A DNA stretch of 64,000 bases from Candidatus Latescibacterota bacterium (GTDB lineage: Bacteria > Latescibacterota > UBA2968). The DNA lies in contig OZ242320.1 of assembly GCA_965208125.1 (NCBI GenBank), positions 2,464,001 through 2,528,000 of the forward strand, in the 5' to 3' direction. The position numbers and the translations under genes were made by a program. Below the pieces are notes generated by a model, which was not told the DNA's origin, did no database searches, and worked only from the letters and a program-made list of their open reading frames with translations. The number at the start of each line of letters is the position of its first letter. Positions within the stretch are counted from its first letter, which is position 1. Positions 7,757-17,288 of the stretch are shown in pieces.

Positions 7757-8871
7757 TGACATCAAAGGAAGTTCTACAATTTCTCAATCTCTTTATGGAT
7801 AAGAGTCCACTACTGCTTTTAATCGGTGGACTCCTTAGCCTTGTCGTATTCTTGTTCAGAATCTTGATAGATGAAGATCGAAGTGGGCTCTGGAGAGCGA
7901 GGATCAGCTATGCAGCATATAAACTTACTGGTAACAGAGATTCAGAGAAACGGTACATCTCTGATGATGTACGTTCCAGAATTAATTTGGCGCGGAGAAA
8001 ATTTTCCCACGGAGCGCAGGATCCTCCTGAAGCTGTCTCCGTTGACTGGGTGGATGAAGAACCAGGGACCACCTACGACATTGGAGAAGGTGAATTTGTC
8101 GTAAGGCTTCAGAGCAGCGATGAGCAAGAGAAGAACATTGTAGATCTAGCCATTGCGGTCACTAAGAGGACGACATTACCCGGCGTACGAACTGTCATGG
8201 AGCAGCCACTGCGAGTCGCGGTGACACTTAATTTGGTACAATCAATTCTTAGAATGATTAAGAACAAAGCAGCACTGGAATGGTTTTTCGAGAACCGCTT
8301 ATCTCCCATACTACAAGATAAGGAAGGACTACGTCGAGAATTTGAGCGAATCGAAGATATAGATGAGCGCGGGCTGTTTACGCATATTCTATTGGTTGAA
8401 CTTGAGGAGTTTGGTGAAGTGATATTAGGACGCACGCCTCGCCCATATATGTTTGGAGATGTCCAAGGTCTAGTTGACTTTCTCCATCGGGTCGCTACCA
8501 AACGTCCAGGCGAAGACATACCACTTGAGTATAGAAGAGCGTATATCAAAATCGCGATAATCTTAGTAGCTAAAACAGAACGGATTCTAAATGAAGGCAT
8601 TGAGCCGTATGTGAAGGCGATGACACATAGTGCTAACCGAGATTTCAACACAGTTTATGTACTGGGCTATGATAAGGAAGTTCTATCAGAGAAGGATTTC
8701 CTTTCATACGAGGAATTTCGTAATTTGATCTCACAACTCGATAAAGAGCTAGATCTATTTCCGGTTCAGAAGGACTTTTCTATCGATTACTCTTGCATAG
8801 ATCAACAGGGTAAGCAACGCAAAGCAACGTGTACCCGATACATACTCAAAGATACCTCGGGTCGCGTGTAA
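7756..8871 (+). CDS. Hypothetical protein with a single N-terminal TM helix
   Basis: 371-aa ORF translationally coupled to the small Cys protein; hydrophobic residues ~19-38. Confidence 0.75.
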   Translation: MTSKEVLQFLNLFMDKSPLLLLIGGLLSLVVFLFRILIDEDRSGLWRARISYAAYKLTGNRDSEKRYISDDVRSRINLARRKFSHGAQDPPEAVSVDWVDEEPGTTYDIGEGEFVVRLQSSDEQEKNIVDLAIAVTKRTTLPGVRTVMEQPLRVAVTLNLVQSILRMIKNKAALEWFFENRLSPILQDKEGLRREFERIEDIDERGLFTHILLVELEEFGEVILGRTPRPYMFGDVQGLVDFLHRVATKRPGEDIPLEYRRAYIKIAIILVAKTERILNEGIEPYVKAMTHSANRDFNTVYVLGYDKEVLSEKDFLSYEEFRNLISQLDKELDLFPVQKDFSIDYSCIDQQGKQRKATCTRYILKDTSGRV

Positions 8872-8972
8872 GAGTAGATCATCTGCCGAATCATCCCACA
8901 CCCTGTTTCACCCTAATTAAAAAAGGAACCCCCCTTTTCTGTTATCGACTAAAATGGGTCAAGTCCATAACT

Positions 8973-9003
8973 AAAAAACCACGTCCTTTGGGCGTGGTTT
9001 TTT
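8973..9003. terminator. Bidirectional intrinsic terminator (copy 1)
   Basis: AAAAAACCACGTCC-TTT-GGGCGTGGTTTTTT between convergent ORFs. Confidence 0.85.
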
Positions 9004-9033
9004 GGTTTTTACTGCTAATGTTTTCGACAGGGA

Positions 9034-9360
9034 TTAGAACCGCGATTGTTTGCTCTCCATGCTGGTATGCACATCGATCAGCACGGTTTTGCCATCGGCA
9101 TTTAGTCGCTGTGCTTCTTGTAATGCAGGGCGCATTTCGCCCACTTTTTTGACGGTGATGCCCACAGTGCCCATGCCTTCGGCAATTTGGGCGTAGTTGC
9201 CCTGCATATTGGAAACGCCGTAGCGTTCGCGCGCCGTGGGAAATCCGCCGGGGTATGTCGCCATGTCCCCGTTGTTCAGAATCACGGTTGTAATAGGGAT
9301 GCCTGCGCGGGCAGATGTTTCGATGTCCAGGCCGGACATGCCGAAGGCGCCATCGCCCAT
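9034..9360 (-). pseudogene. C-terminal 108-aa fragment of the ThDP-dependent enzyme
   Basis: Nearly identical to the last 108 aa of 11962..13593; starts at MGDGAFGM; upstream sequence is unrelated. Confidence 0.88.
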
Positions 9361-9455
9361 CGGTCCAATTGGTTTGTATTCGCAGCCTCTTCTTCTTATC
9401 TTTCATATAGGATCTAAGGTACACACCAAATCGAGTCAAGCTTTAAGAGGCTATA

Positions 9456-11864
9456 ATGCTGCGTAATTATCTGGTTGTAGCGGTTCGGAATCTGTTGAAT
9501 AATAAAATCTTGTCAATGATCAACGTTTTTGGACTAGGAGCAAGTCTGTCGATCTGCCTGCTGATCATCTTGTTTGTGTCATACCAAAAAACGTCTGATG
9601 CATGGCACAAGAAGGCAGATCGTATCTATCTCACCATCTGCGACTACCGTTCGCCCACCCAGCCTGATCGTGTTCGCTCCTACGCAACGACACCTGCGAG
9701 TCTTGCTTCGCTTCTTCAAGATATCTGCCCAGATGTAGAAGTGACGACACGGTTACGCAGATTCCGTGGTTCCATGGGCTTTCCCGGCAGTCAAAGTCAA
9801 ATTAAAGTGTCTGGCCTTTATGCCGAGCCGTCGTTTTTCGAGGTATTCGATTTCGCTCTTGTGGAGGGGAATCCCGCTACCGCGCTTTCCGAACCCAATT
9901 CCATCGTGCTTTCGCAGAACCAGTCGGTTGCATTATTTGGAGATTCCAGCCCACTGAATCAGACTGTGATGATCGGACAGACGCCATACAAGGTAACGGG
10001 CGTCCTGGCGGATCCGTTAGGGGCCAGCTATGTACGGTTTCAGATCTTGGTGTCGTTTGAGACCTTGAAATTTGCGCCACCCCGCGGCATTCCTCAGTGG
10101 AGCGATGGCATGAATGACACATACACATTTTTGGTCTTACGAGAAGGTACCCACCCAACGGTCCTGGAAAGATACTTCACACAGATCATTCAAGACCACT
10201 ACCAGCCTGGTACAGATCGACAGATAGAGAGGGCAAGTGCCCAATTACTGACCGACCTCAACCTGAGCGTCATGAGAGTTAACCAACTTAGTTGGATGGT
10301 TCCTGGCATGGCTGTTTATTTTGTTAGTGTTCTGGCCGCTATAATACTGATAGGGGCGTGCTACAATTATACCAACTTAATTGTGGCCAGAGCAATGGCC
10401 AGAGCCCACGAGGTGGCAATTCGGAAAGTCGTAGGTGCATATCGCAGACAGATCATTGGCCAAATATTGGTGGAGTCGATTCTAACAGTATTGCTGGCGA
10501 CGTTTTTTGCCATGTGGCTGTTGGTATGGTTAATTCCTGCTTTCAACGAGATGTTCTTTACTTCATTTTTTCCCTTGGCCCGCATCAAGCTCGACGTTCT
10601 CAAAGATCTGACGGTCTATCTCACTGTCCTTGGCTTCATCGTAGGCGTAGGCATTCTTGCGGGCACCTACCCCGCACTTCATCTTTCCCGATTCGTCCCA
10701 GTCTTGATCTTGAAGGGAGGAAGTTTTACAAAGGATCGAGCCAAGTCATTCAATCGGATGTTTGTGGTGGGGCAGTTTGGCATGTCGTTATTCTTCGTCC
10801 TCTCGACCCTGTTCGTGTACCAGCAGTTCCGATATATGGTATCGTCCGACTATGGATTTGATCATGAAAATATAGTGAACGTACGGCTTCAGGGAGTGGG
10901 CTACGACGTGTTCCGGCAGGCGATGGAGCAATCGCCCTCAGTGGAGCTCATTTCTGGTTCCTCACAGATTCTGATGCAGGGTGAGCGATCAGAACGTTCG
11001 GTGACGATTGGGAGAGGTGATCCTAAGACAGTTTCAGTTTCCGAATTAATAGTGGACTACAATTTTGTTTCGAACCTGAAACTCAAGCTACTTGCAGGCC
11101 GTTACTTCAATCGCCCATCGGATATTCACAGGAGTGTGCTGCTCAATAGAACCGCTACTCGGTTGCTAGGTCTGGAAAACGAAGAGCAAGCGATAGGTCA
11201 AATCTTGAACGTGTCAGGGAAGAACACGAAACCTACCATTGTGGGGATTCTGGAAGACTTTCAGACATATGGCATAGGCATGGATATTGATCCTGTCATA
11301 CTGCTCTGTGAGCCAGCGCGTATAAATTGGGCAAACGTGCGCGTGTTACCCGGCCATATGCCTGAGGCGGTTGCGCACCTCGAACAGGTCTGGGCTGAGT
11401 TAGGAAGTCCTTGGAAAGTGGAGTACGATCTGTTTACGACGCAAATCCAAAAAGGAATGCTCGCTGGAGTCTATTCCGATGTTTTGCATATCATTGCTCT
11501 GATTAGCGCTTTCGGGGTGCTTTTGGCCTTACTTGGCATGTTGGGAATAGCTATGCATGTCATGGAAATGCAGGTCAAGGCAGTTGCAATACGCAAGGTT
11601 CTGGGAGCGAGTTCTTGGCAGATCGCTGTGCTCTTGTCAAAGGATTTTCTCTTGATGCTTGTTGTGGCGGTTCTACTTGCAGCTCCTGCTGCGTGGTTTG
11701 CAAACCACCTCTGGTTAAACCAGTTCCCCCTCCGAACCACAATGAGTCCGTGGCTGTTCGGTGGTGTTGTTGCCGTGATGGCAGCAGTTGTTCTCACAGT
11801 AGTTGGGTCGCAGACGCTTCGTGCAGCGAATTCCGACCCAGTAAAGGCACTCAGACGTTTATAG
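9456..11864 (+). CDS. MacB/FtsX-type duplicated ABC permease (orphan, no ATPase nearby)
   Basis: MLRNYLVVAVRNL start, NYTNL..R.HEVAIRKVVGA and AIRKVLGAS repeats, AANSDPVKALR end; 802 aa. Confidence 0.92.
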   Translation: MLRNYLVVAVRNLLNNKILSMINVFGLGASLSICLLIILFVSYQKTSDAWHKKADRIYLTICDYRSPTQPDRVRSYATTPASLASLLQDICPDVEVTTRLRRFRGSMGFPGSQSQIKVSGLYAEPSFFEVFDFALVEGNPATALSEPNSIVLSQNQSVALFGDSSPLNQTVMIGQTPYKVTGVLADPLGASYVRFQILVSFETLKFAPPRGIPQWSDGMNDTYTFLVLREGTHPTVLERYFTQIIQDHYQPGTDRQIERASAQLLTDLNLSVMRVNQLSWMVPGMAVYFVSVLAAIILIGACYNYTNLIVARAMARAHEVAIRKVVGAYRRQIIGQILVESILTVLLATFFAMWLLVWLIPAFNEMFFTSFFPLARIKLDVLKDLTVYLTVLGFIVGVGILAGTYPALHLSRFVPVLILKGGSFTKDRAKSFNRMFVVGQFGMSLFFVLSTLFVYQQFRYMVSSDYGFDHENIVNVRLQGVGYDVFRQAMEQSPSVELISGSSQILMQGERSERSVTIGRGDPKTVSVSELIVDYNFVSNLKLKLLAGRYFNRPSDIHRSVLLNRTATRLLGLENEEQAIGQILNVSGKNTKPTIVGILEDFQTYGIGMDIDPVILLCEPARINWANVRVLPGHMPEAVAHLEQVWAELGSPWKVEYDLFTTQIQKGMLAGVYSDVLHIIALISAFGVLLALLGMLGIAMHVMEMQVKAVAIRKVLGASSWQIAVLLSKDFLLMLVVAVLLAAPAAWFANHLWLNQFPLRTTMSPWLFGGVVAVMAAVVLTVVGSQTLRAANSDPVKALRRL

Positions 11865-11876
11865 AGCTGACGAATA

Positions 11877-12289
11877 GACTAAAACGGATCAAGTTCATAA
11901 GTAAAAAACCACGTCCTTTGGGCGTGGTTTTTTGGTTTATGTCTGGTGTTTTCGATGGGGATCAAAACCGCGATTGTTTGCTCTCCATGCTGGTATGCAC
12001 ATCGATCAACACGGTTTTGCCATCGGCATTAAGTCGCTGCGCTTCTTGCAATGCGGGGCGCATTTCGCCCACTTTTTTGACGGTGATGCCCACAGCGCCC
12101 ATGCCTTCGGCTATTTGGGCGTAGTTGCCCTGCATATTGGAGACGCCATAGCGTTCGCGCGCCGTGGGAAAGCCACCGGGATAGGTCGCCATGCCCCCGT
12201 TGTTTAGAAGGACGGTTGTGATGGGAATGCCTGCGCGGGCAGATGTTTCGATGTCCAGGCCGGACATGCCAAAGGCGCCATCTCCCATC
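11877..12289. repeat. Direct repeat copy 2 (terminator plus 3' end of the intact ThDP enzyme gene)
   Basis: Matches 8947-9361. Confidence 0.92.
11903..11933. terminator. Bidirectional intrinsic terminator (copy 2)
   Basis: Same hairpin as 8973-9003, between the convergent permease and ThDP enzyme genes. Confidence 0.85.
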
Positions 12290-13593
12290 ATGTTGAGACA
12301 GAATTTATCGGGATGTGCCAGTTTGGCGCCGATCATCAGGGGGATGCCAAAACCCAGGTGGGTTGTTTTGCCCCAGCCGATGTAACTGTGGGGTGTGGTT
12401 GCGGTGTAAAATGGCACGATTGAGTCGCGGGGGGCGCCGGCGTCGTGTGTGACGATGCTGTTTTCGCGGTCGAGTGTGTTGTTGATTTCGTTGATGACGC
12501 GATAGGGGTTGAGAGGTTCTTCATTTGAGGTCAGCAGGGGTGTCCAGGTGTCGAGCCATTGTTTTTTTGCCTGTGCGATTTCAGCGGCGACGCGGTCGGA
12601 ATTTTTTGGTTCGCCAATTTGAGCTTTTACTTCGTCAATGATCGCTTGCAGGGTGAGTTTGACATCGCCGATCAATCCGATATCTACGGCTTCGTCTTTG
12701 TTGATGTCATCTGGGTTATCGGTGTTTTGGATGAGTACTTTGCAGGGGGGAACGGATTGGGCATAAGGTGTGCGGGTTAAACTGGATCCGAGTGCGAGCA
12801 GTACGTCGCAATTTTTGAGCCAGTGGTGTACGGGTCCCGTGGTTGCGCCGCTGCCAGCGCCGAGGGCCAGAGGATGGCGTTCGTCAAAGGCCGATTTGCC
12901 GGGCATGGTGCAGAATACGGGTGTGGCGGTCAGGTCGGCCAGTTCTTTTAGTTCATCTGTTGCCCCGGCAAATACGACCCCGTGTCCCGCCCAGATTACG
13001 GGGTTTTTTGCCGCGAGTAGTGCTGTGACGGCATCTTTGATGTCTCCGGACGAGGGCATTTGTTGCGCGCGTTTTGGCGAGTGATAATTTTGTGCATCGG
13101 CGGGTATTTCCTCTGCGCAGACGTCGGAGGTCATTTCGACTACGACTGGACCAGAAATACCATTGCGAAGCGCGTGGAATGCGCGGCGCATCACGGTGCC
13201 GACATCTTCTGGTCGATAGATCGCCTCGACGCGTTTGACCCATCCGCGATAGGTGTGGGTTGCGGAAAAATTGGGACGAACCGCGATTTGACTGAGTCTT
13301 ACGCCGCCTGGGAGGACCAGAATTGGGACGTTGTCGGCATAAGCCTGGGCAATGCCACCCATTGCGTTTTCCGCACCGGCTTGTGCCTGTATTGCTACGA
13401 CGCCAAATCGCTGTCGGTTGCTGGTGCGGCTAAAGCCGTCTGCGGCCATTACTGCGCCGCGTTCGTGGCGAAATGCGATTGGGCGAATGCCTTCTTTGGC
13501 TGCTGCTTCAATCAGGGGATTGCTGGGATAACAGGAGATCCATTCGACGCCTTCTTGTTTCAAGATGCGCGCGATATATTCAATGCCGTCCAT
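11962..13593 (-). CDS. Thiamine pyrophosphate-dependent enzyme (acetolactate synthase-like family)
   Basis: RHERGAVMAADG, GDGAFGM..LNN ThDP motif; 543 aa. Confidence 0.92.
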   Translation of the reverse strand: MDGIEYIARILKQEGVEWISCYPSNPLIEAAAKEGIRPIAFRHERGAVMAADGFSRTSNRQRFGVVAIQAQAGAENAMGGIAQAYADNVPILVLPGGVRLSQIAVRPNFSATHTYRGWVKRVEAIYRPEDVGTVMRRAFHALRNGISGPVVVEMTSDVCAEEIPADAQNYHSPKRAQQMPSSGDIKDAVTALLAAKNPVIWAGHGVVFAGATDELKELADLTATPVFCTMPGKSAFDERHPLALGAGSGATTGPVHHWLKNCDVLLALGSSLTRTPYAQSVPPCKVLIQNTDNPDDINKDEAVDIGLIGDVKLTLQAIIDEVKAQIGEPKNSDRVAAEIAQAKKQWLDTWTPLLTSNEEPLNPYRVINEINNTLDRENSIVTHDAGAPRDSIVPFYTATTPHSYIGWGKTTHLGFGIPLMIGAKLAHPDKFCLNMMGDGAFGMSGLDIETSARAGIPITTVLLNNGGMATYPGGFPTARERYGVSNMQGNYAQIAEGMGAVGITVKKVGEMRPALQEAQRLNADGKTVLIDVHTSMESKQSRF

Positions 13594-13613
13594 GAAAATT
13601 CCTTGGGAAAAAG

Positions 13614-14507
13614 CTATTCTTTTAATGTTTCATTAAAAAAGTCAATCGTGCGTTGCCAGGCGAGCTTTGCCGCGGCTTCGTCATAGCGCGGTGTTGTGTC
13701 GTTGTGAAATCCGTGGTTGGCGTTTTCGTATATATGAGCCGTGTAATTCACCCCTGCTTCTTTGAGCGCGGCTTCATAAGCGGGCCAGCCCTGGTTGATG
13801 CGTCTGTCCAGTTCGGCATAGTGGATGAGTAAGGCGCCTTTTATTTTTGGTACGTCTTCGGCAGCGGGTTGGCGGCCGTAAAAGGGGACTGCGGCGGAGA
13901 TGATGTCGGGGATGCGTACGGCAAGGGTGTTTGACATGCCGCCGCCAAAGCAGAAGCCCACGACGCCGACTTTGCCGGTGCATTTTTCGTGTGTGTGTAG
14001 ATAACGCGCAGAGGCGATAAAGTCTTCTGTCATTTTATTGCGGTCTATCTCGCGCTGCATGAGCCGCCCTTCGTCATCGGTGCCGGGATATCCGCCGAGG
14101 GGCGCGAGCGCGTCGGGGGCAAGAGCCAGAAAGCCTGCCGTTGCCACGCGCCGGGCAACGTCTTCTACGTAGGGATTTAGGCCGCGATTTTCGTGGATGA
14201 CGACGACGCCGGGGACTTTGCCTTCTGCCTGTGCTGGGGCGACGAGGTATCCGCGGGTTTTTTCGTGTCCTTCTGGTGATGGGTATTCTATGTATTCGGC
14301 GCTGATGCGCTCGTCGTCTGTGGCGATTTGCTGTGCAAGCGCGTAATTGGGTTTTAGACTGTCCAGCAGCGCGGCAGCGGTTACGCCGCCGACTGCGAAT
14401 TTTGCAGCGCGGTTTAAGAAGCCTCGCCGGTCTGTTTGTCCGTGGACATATTCGTCGTAGAGGTCGAGGAGTTCCTGGTCAAAGTCAGTTGCTCGTTGGC
14501 GTTTCAT
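13614..14507 (-). CDS. yghX: YghX-type dienelactone hydrolase family protein
   Basis: [15 protein letters not shown]-terminus, HENRGLN, GFCFGG nucleophile, HGFHND; start set at MKRQ (AAGGA RBS). Confidence 0.88.
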   Translation of the reverse strand: MKRQRATDFDQELLDLYDEYVHGQTDRRGFLNRAAKFAVGGVTAAALLDSLKPNYALAQQIATDDERISAEYIEYPSPEGHEKTRGYLVAPAQAEGKVPGVVVIHENRGLNPYVEDVARRVATAGFLALAPDALAPLGGYPGTDDEGRLMQREIDRNKMTEDFIASARYLHTHEKCTGKVGVVGFCFGGGMSNTLAVRIPDIISAAVPFYGRQPAAEDVPKIKGALLIHYAELDRRINQGWPAYEAALKEAGVNYTAHIYENANHGFHNDTTPRYDEAAAKLAWQRTIDFFNETLKE

Positions 14508-14547
14508 AATGGATTCCTTTCTGTGATTATACAATGCAAACGGCTTT

Positions 14548-14787
14548 TCAGGTCGCAGGGATTAATAATTCGGCGACGTTCTTACCTATTGTTGGAGGCG
14601 GTAAGACCCTGTTTTCTCGATGGGCGATTTCTAACCACTCATCAACAATTTGGCATAACGCCCGGTAAACTTCGACTTCATTATCGCCGTGACAACACGG
14701 ACCAATAATGCCCGGACAATAACCAATGAAACATTGGTCTTCGTCCGACCATTCGACAATTTTGATGTACTGAGCACTGTCGGTCAT
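14548..14787 (-). CDS. hicB: HicB-family antitoxin (short, no obvious HTH)
   Basis: [16 protein letters not shown]...HGD....L..IV.EW...LPPP pattern; 4-bp overlap with hicA. Confidence 0.8.
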   Translation of the reverse strand: MTDSAQYIKIVEWSDEDQCFIGYCPGIIGPCCHGDNEVEVYRALCQIVDEWLEIAHRENRVLPPPTIGKNVAELLIPAT

Positions 14788-14978
14788 CGTTGAGATTCCC
14801 CTATGTTCCTTTTGACTTCTTTTTCCTGGTAAGGTTTAGCGTCATCACCGAGTTTTCCAGAAATTGTAACGCGCATACCTTTCGGATGTTCATAATTTCT
14901 ATGACTGCCTTTTCCGCCTCGATTGATGAATCCGGCCCTTTCCAAATCACTGATTAACGCTCTTATCTTTCGTGGCAT
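14784..14978 (-). CDS. hicA: HicA-family toxin
   Basis: 64-aa basic protein, LERAGF..RGGKGSHRNYEHP, DAKPYQEK. Confidence 0.88.
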   Translation of the reverse strand: MPRKIRALISDLERAGFINRGGKGSHRNYEHPKGMRVTISGKLGDDAKPYQEKEVKRNIGESQR

Positions 14979-14981
14979 AGT

Positions 14982-15755
14982 TTATCCAACGGTCTCGCGT
15001 ACACCATCCCACTCACGCCATATATCGGTGAATGCATCTACTCCAATTTCGTCAATCTGTGTGTGTTTGGTCCTGAAGATTACGGCGTATCGAATGTCTG
15101 GCGAGGTGTTGGGGCAGCCGGTATGTACCATGGCGTGATGGGCAAAGATTACGTCTCCCGCTTCGCCAGTTACAAATACCGGACCTTCGGGTAGTTCGAC
15201 ATGGGGCATGTGGTCGTCCAGGATCTGATGTCCGTGTTCTTTGAAGTAGTTTTCGAAGAAGTGATGCGATTTGGGCCAGACGGTAAAGTTGCCGCCATTG
15301 GGAACGGGGACATCGTCGAGATATACGACCGCGAAGGATGTAAAATTCCGGTTATAAGTTCCATCTTCGCGCAATCCGCGCAACCGGTCGCCTACGGCTT
15401 TTATGCCGTCCAGATGCCCGCCACTTCTGCCCCACCCAATTTTTTCCGTTAAAGTATCTTTTGCAAGACTGCCTGGGGGACGCGGAAAATTGAGCTTGAT
15501 ACTTCCCGTCTGACTGCGCTGCAAATTGCCTTCTCCCAATGCGGATTCGAGGAGAGAGAAGGCGGGTGTTTCGTTGAACAGGTCCGTAATGACTGGTGTG
15601 GCGTTGATTTCGGGAAATGGGTTGGTATTTCCTTTGCCTATTTCGGCATTGATCGCCTGCCGCGCGGCATCTACCATCACGCGGGGCACGGCACCCGGGA
15701 CTTTGAGATAGCCTTCTTCGTAAAAGAAGCGCTTTTGGCTTTCGGTTAGTTCCAT
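14982..15755 (-). CDS. Phytanoyl-CoA dioxygenase (PhyH) family Fe(II)/2OG oxygenase
   Basis: MELTESQKRFFYEEGY start with AGGAG RBS; HLD, VWPKSH, AGD..H...H.G.PN...R. Confidence 0.88.
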   Translation of the reverse strand: MELTESQKRFFYEEGYLKVPGAVPRVMVDAARQAINAEIGKGNTNPFPEINATPVITDLFNETPAFSLLESALGEGNLQRSQTGSIKLNFPRPPGSLAKDTLTEKIGWGRSGGHLDGIKAVGDRLRGLREDGTYNRNFTSFAVVYLDDVPVPNGGNFTVWPKSHHFFENYFKEHGHQILDDHMPHVELPEGPVFVTGEAGDVIFAHHAMVHTGCPNTSPDIRYAVIFRTKHTQIDEIGVDAFTDIWREWDGVRETVG

Positions 15756-15837
15756 TGCGGTCTCCTCAAATTCGCGTTTCAATTTCACTTCGTCCAAAAT
15801 TATACCACTTTCCAAAAAAAGCAATATTTTTACCATT

Positions 15838-15926
15838 GGGACGGCACAGGGGCCGTCCCCTACGGTTTGTAGGGGCGACCCCCTGTGGTCGCCCGCTGAT
15901 GTACGGGCGGGTTTAAAACCCGCCCC
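15838..15926. repeat. Cluster of three GTAG-type REP palindromes
   Basis: GGGACGGCACAGGGGCCGTCCCCTAC (minus orientation), GTAGGGGCGACCCCCTGTGGTCGCCC, GTACGGGCGGGTTTAAAACCCGCCCC; related pair at 22544-22611. Confidence 0.8.
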
Positions 15927-16046
15927 GCTGATACCTCTTGATAATTTTTTTGTTTCATGCCATAATTTCACGGGGCGTGGGGAAAGCAGATTTATCACCT
16001 TTATGATGACTCCAGTGCTGAGATAATATGGCCTGGGGCGAAAGGA

Positions 16047-17219
16047 ATGAAGATGTCCAGTTCTCAATCAGTTTATCGCGCTGCGGCTTTTGCCGATTTC
16101 AAGCCTGAGCTTTCGGCACCCGGGGCTACGCCAGAGCGATTGGCGCATCTGGAGGAGCACGGTTTTGTCATTATCAACGATTTTGTCGATAATCCGTGGA
16201 TTCCCGTTCTCCGCGAGGCGGGTCGCCGCGTTACCGAGGCGTGCGCGCCAGAGAATGGGTACGACGAGATCGATTGTTCGAAGGGCTATGTACACCGCAC
16301 GGGCAATGATGAGCCGTGGGCGATTCGGGGGCTTATTCATCCGGCTTTTGGGGAGCCGTGTTTTGCGGAGTTCCACGGGTCGCCAGATTTTCTGAGTTTT
16401 GTTCATTCGTGGTGTGACGGGCTGGAGCCAGAAGATATGGTGCTGGGGGGGTTGTTGTTGTGGTGCAATCCGCGGCAGAAAGAGAATAAGCTTAGCTGGC
16501 ACCGGGATGTGACGTGGTGGGGTACGGGGGAGCGCTATTTTGCACAGCGGGATGAGCGGGGTAGTAATCCAGAGGCGTACTCTGAGGAAGTCGAGCGAAA
16601 ACGCTGGAAAGAGATTGTCGCAAATAATGCGAAGTCGCTCAAGGAGCGGAATGGGGTGAGTATGTTTTTGGCATTGGCGGATGATGAGTGTCACGAGCTT
16701 GTGCCGGGGAGTCACAAGCGGTGGCGTACGCCGTTTGAGCACGATGTGCTTTTGCCGAAGGCGGTGAAGGAGCAGGGGGTGCCGCATACGCCGAGTTGGA
16801 ATGGCGAAGATCCATTGCCGGGGCAGGTGGCGATCCGGCTCAAGGCCGGGGAAGCGCTTATCCGCAATGGGACGACGATCCATACGGGGCACACGGTTCC
16901 CGACCGCGAGCGCAATACGTTGTCGATCGGTTGGTCGAAGTGGTCGGGACCATCTGACGAGGAGCCGTCTGTGAGCGATGTGCGGCATGCATGGCAGCTC
17001 GATCCGGCTGTGCGGGAAGCACTGCCACACGAGTGGATGAAGACGGCGTGGGATCGCTGGGCCGAGAGAACGAAACTCGGGGATACGCTCGAGGACCGGT
17101 ATCCGGGTTTTGATATCAAGCGCATCAAAGATGGCGAGGTGGCCGGTTGGCGCGGTGAGTTGGAGCGACAAGCTGCGGCGGCTGGCGAGGCGTGGGAGCG
17201 TTTCCAGACTTTGTCGTGA
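16047..17219 (+). CDS. PhyH family dioxygenase
   Basis: LEEHGFVII, WHRD, VPGSH, LKAGE...IHTG...R. Confidence 0.85.
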   Translation: MKMSSSQSVYRAAAFADFKPELSAPGATPERLAHLEEHGFVIINDFVDNPWIPVLREAGRRVTEACAPENGYDEIDCSKGYVHRTGNDEPWAIRGLIHPAFGEPCFAEFHGSPDFLSFVHSWCDGLEPEDMVLGGLLLWCNPRQKENKLSWHRDVTWWGTGERYFAQRDERGSNPEAYSEEVERKRWKEIVANNAKSLKERNGVSMFLALADDECHELVPGSHKRWRTPFEHDVLLPKAVKEQGVPHTPSWNGEDPLPGQVAIRLKAGEALIRNGTTIHTGHTVPDRERNTLSIGWSKWSGPSDEEPSVSDVRHAWQLDPAVREALPHEWMKTAWDRWAERTKLGDTLEDRYPGFDIKRIKDGEVAGWRGELERQAAAAGEAWERFQTLS

Positions 17220-17234
17220 AGATTGTGCAATAGC

Positions 17235-17275
17235 AAAAAGCCCCCGGTGCTTATTATGGCGTCGGGGGCTTTTTT
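17235..17275. terminator. Bidirectional intrinsic terminator
   Basis: AAAAAGCCCCCGG...TCGGGGGCTTTTTT between convergent genes. Confidence 0.85.
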
Positions 17276-17288
17276 GTGGGTGGGATGT

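Larger units (their letters stand above)
8947..9361. repeat. Direct repeat copy 1 (~415 bp): 3' end of ThDP enzyme gene plus terminator
   Basis: Colinear with 11877-12289, with scattered, mostly synonymous differences. Confidence 0.92.

Noticed and set aside
8942-9439. 165-aa minus-strand and 107-aa plus-strand ORFs over the duplicated fragment
   Set aside because: Off-frame readings of the ThDP gene fragment and terminator.
15838-15926. CRISPR array
   Set aside because: Units differ in sequence and orientation, lack regular spacers, and no cas genes are present.
15756-16067. N-terminal extension of the 361-aa ORF
   Set aside because: It reads through REP repeats and overlaps the divergent gene; the RBS-supported start is 15755.
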